From: Ruditapes philippinarum
Lineage: Eukaryota
Length of the DNA: 64,000 bases
Direction of reading: 5' to 3'
Assembly: GCF_026571515.1 (NCBI RefSeq)
Contig: NW_026861259.1
Coordinates: 1-64,000, forward strand
Shown here: piece by piece, positions 63,806-64,000 of the stretch
Layout: each line of letters starts with the position of its first letter
Numbering within the stretch: the first letter of the stretch is position 1
Made by a program: the position numbers and the translations under genes
The notes under the pieces: model-generated
The model's input: the letters and a program-made list of their open reading frames with translations, nothing else
The model's database searches: none
Told to the model about the DNA's origin: nothing

Positions 63806-64000
63806 TTAGCTAGATAGATTCCTCAAATGACGCTACATACGCCCTCGAAATGACAGTTCTTCAGGCATTACATCTTTCACTTTCTATTTCTTCAGAAATT
63901 CAGCACGTGTCTCACTTGAAATCCGAGATTATCTCAGAAACATGAAGCTTCGAAGTTTGCCCACATCTTGGATTGCCAATAATTATAATAGTCGCCTTCC

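Larger units (their letters stand above)
62963..63845 (-). mobile_element. SINE copy interrupted by a Harbinger MITE
   Basis: Matches 41493-41706 on both sides of the insertion. Confidence 0.7.

Overview
Eukaryotic, AT-rich genomic DNA. The C1qDC expansion and the SINE and Helentron-type repeats suggest a bivalve mollusc (inference). (1) 262-15937 is a complete 15.7-kb Polinton/Maverick (adintovirus-like endogenous virus). It has AGTAGT...ACTACT ends and a 6-bp TSD (TGCAGT), and encodes pPolB, adenain-like protease, major and minor capsid, a basic core-like protein, integrase-chromodomain, packaging ATPase and a single-BIR IAP-like cargo gene. Three core viral genes are split by four GT-AG spliceosomal introns (pPolB x2, MCP x1, ATPase x1). 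Splicing restores the polymerase motif B junction, the ATPase Walker A and the MCP C-terminus. pPolB also appears to be N-terminally fused to four C2H2 zinc fingers across a single in-frame stop. Five genes each carry one nonsense or frameshift lesion. (2) The element sits in exon 1 of one member of a minus-strand tandem array of two-exon secreted coiled-coil/C1q-domain genes. The array has 3 intact copies, 1 with the start/signal peptide deleted and 2 pseudogenes, with 0-3 copies of a 40-aa coiled-coil unit and hypervariable C1q loops. (3) Introns and spacers hold copy-specific insertions, several with empty sites visible in paralogous copies: a Transib-like foldback, a P-like foldback, piggyBac and Harbinger MITEs, two Helentron-type satellite carriers, SINEs and a Penelope fragment with a degenerate hammerhead. 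All calls come from reading the sequence by eye; no searches were run.
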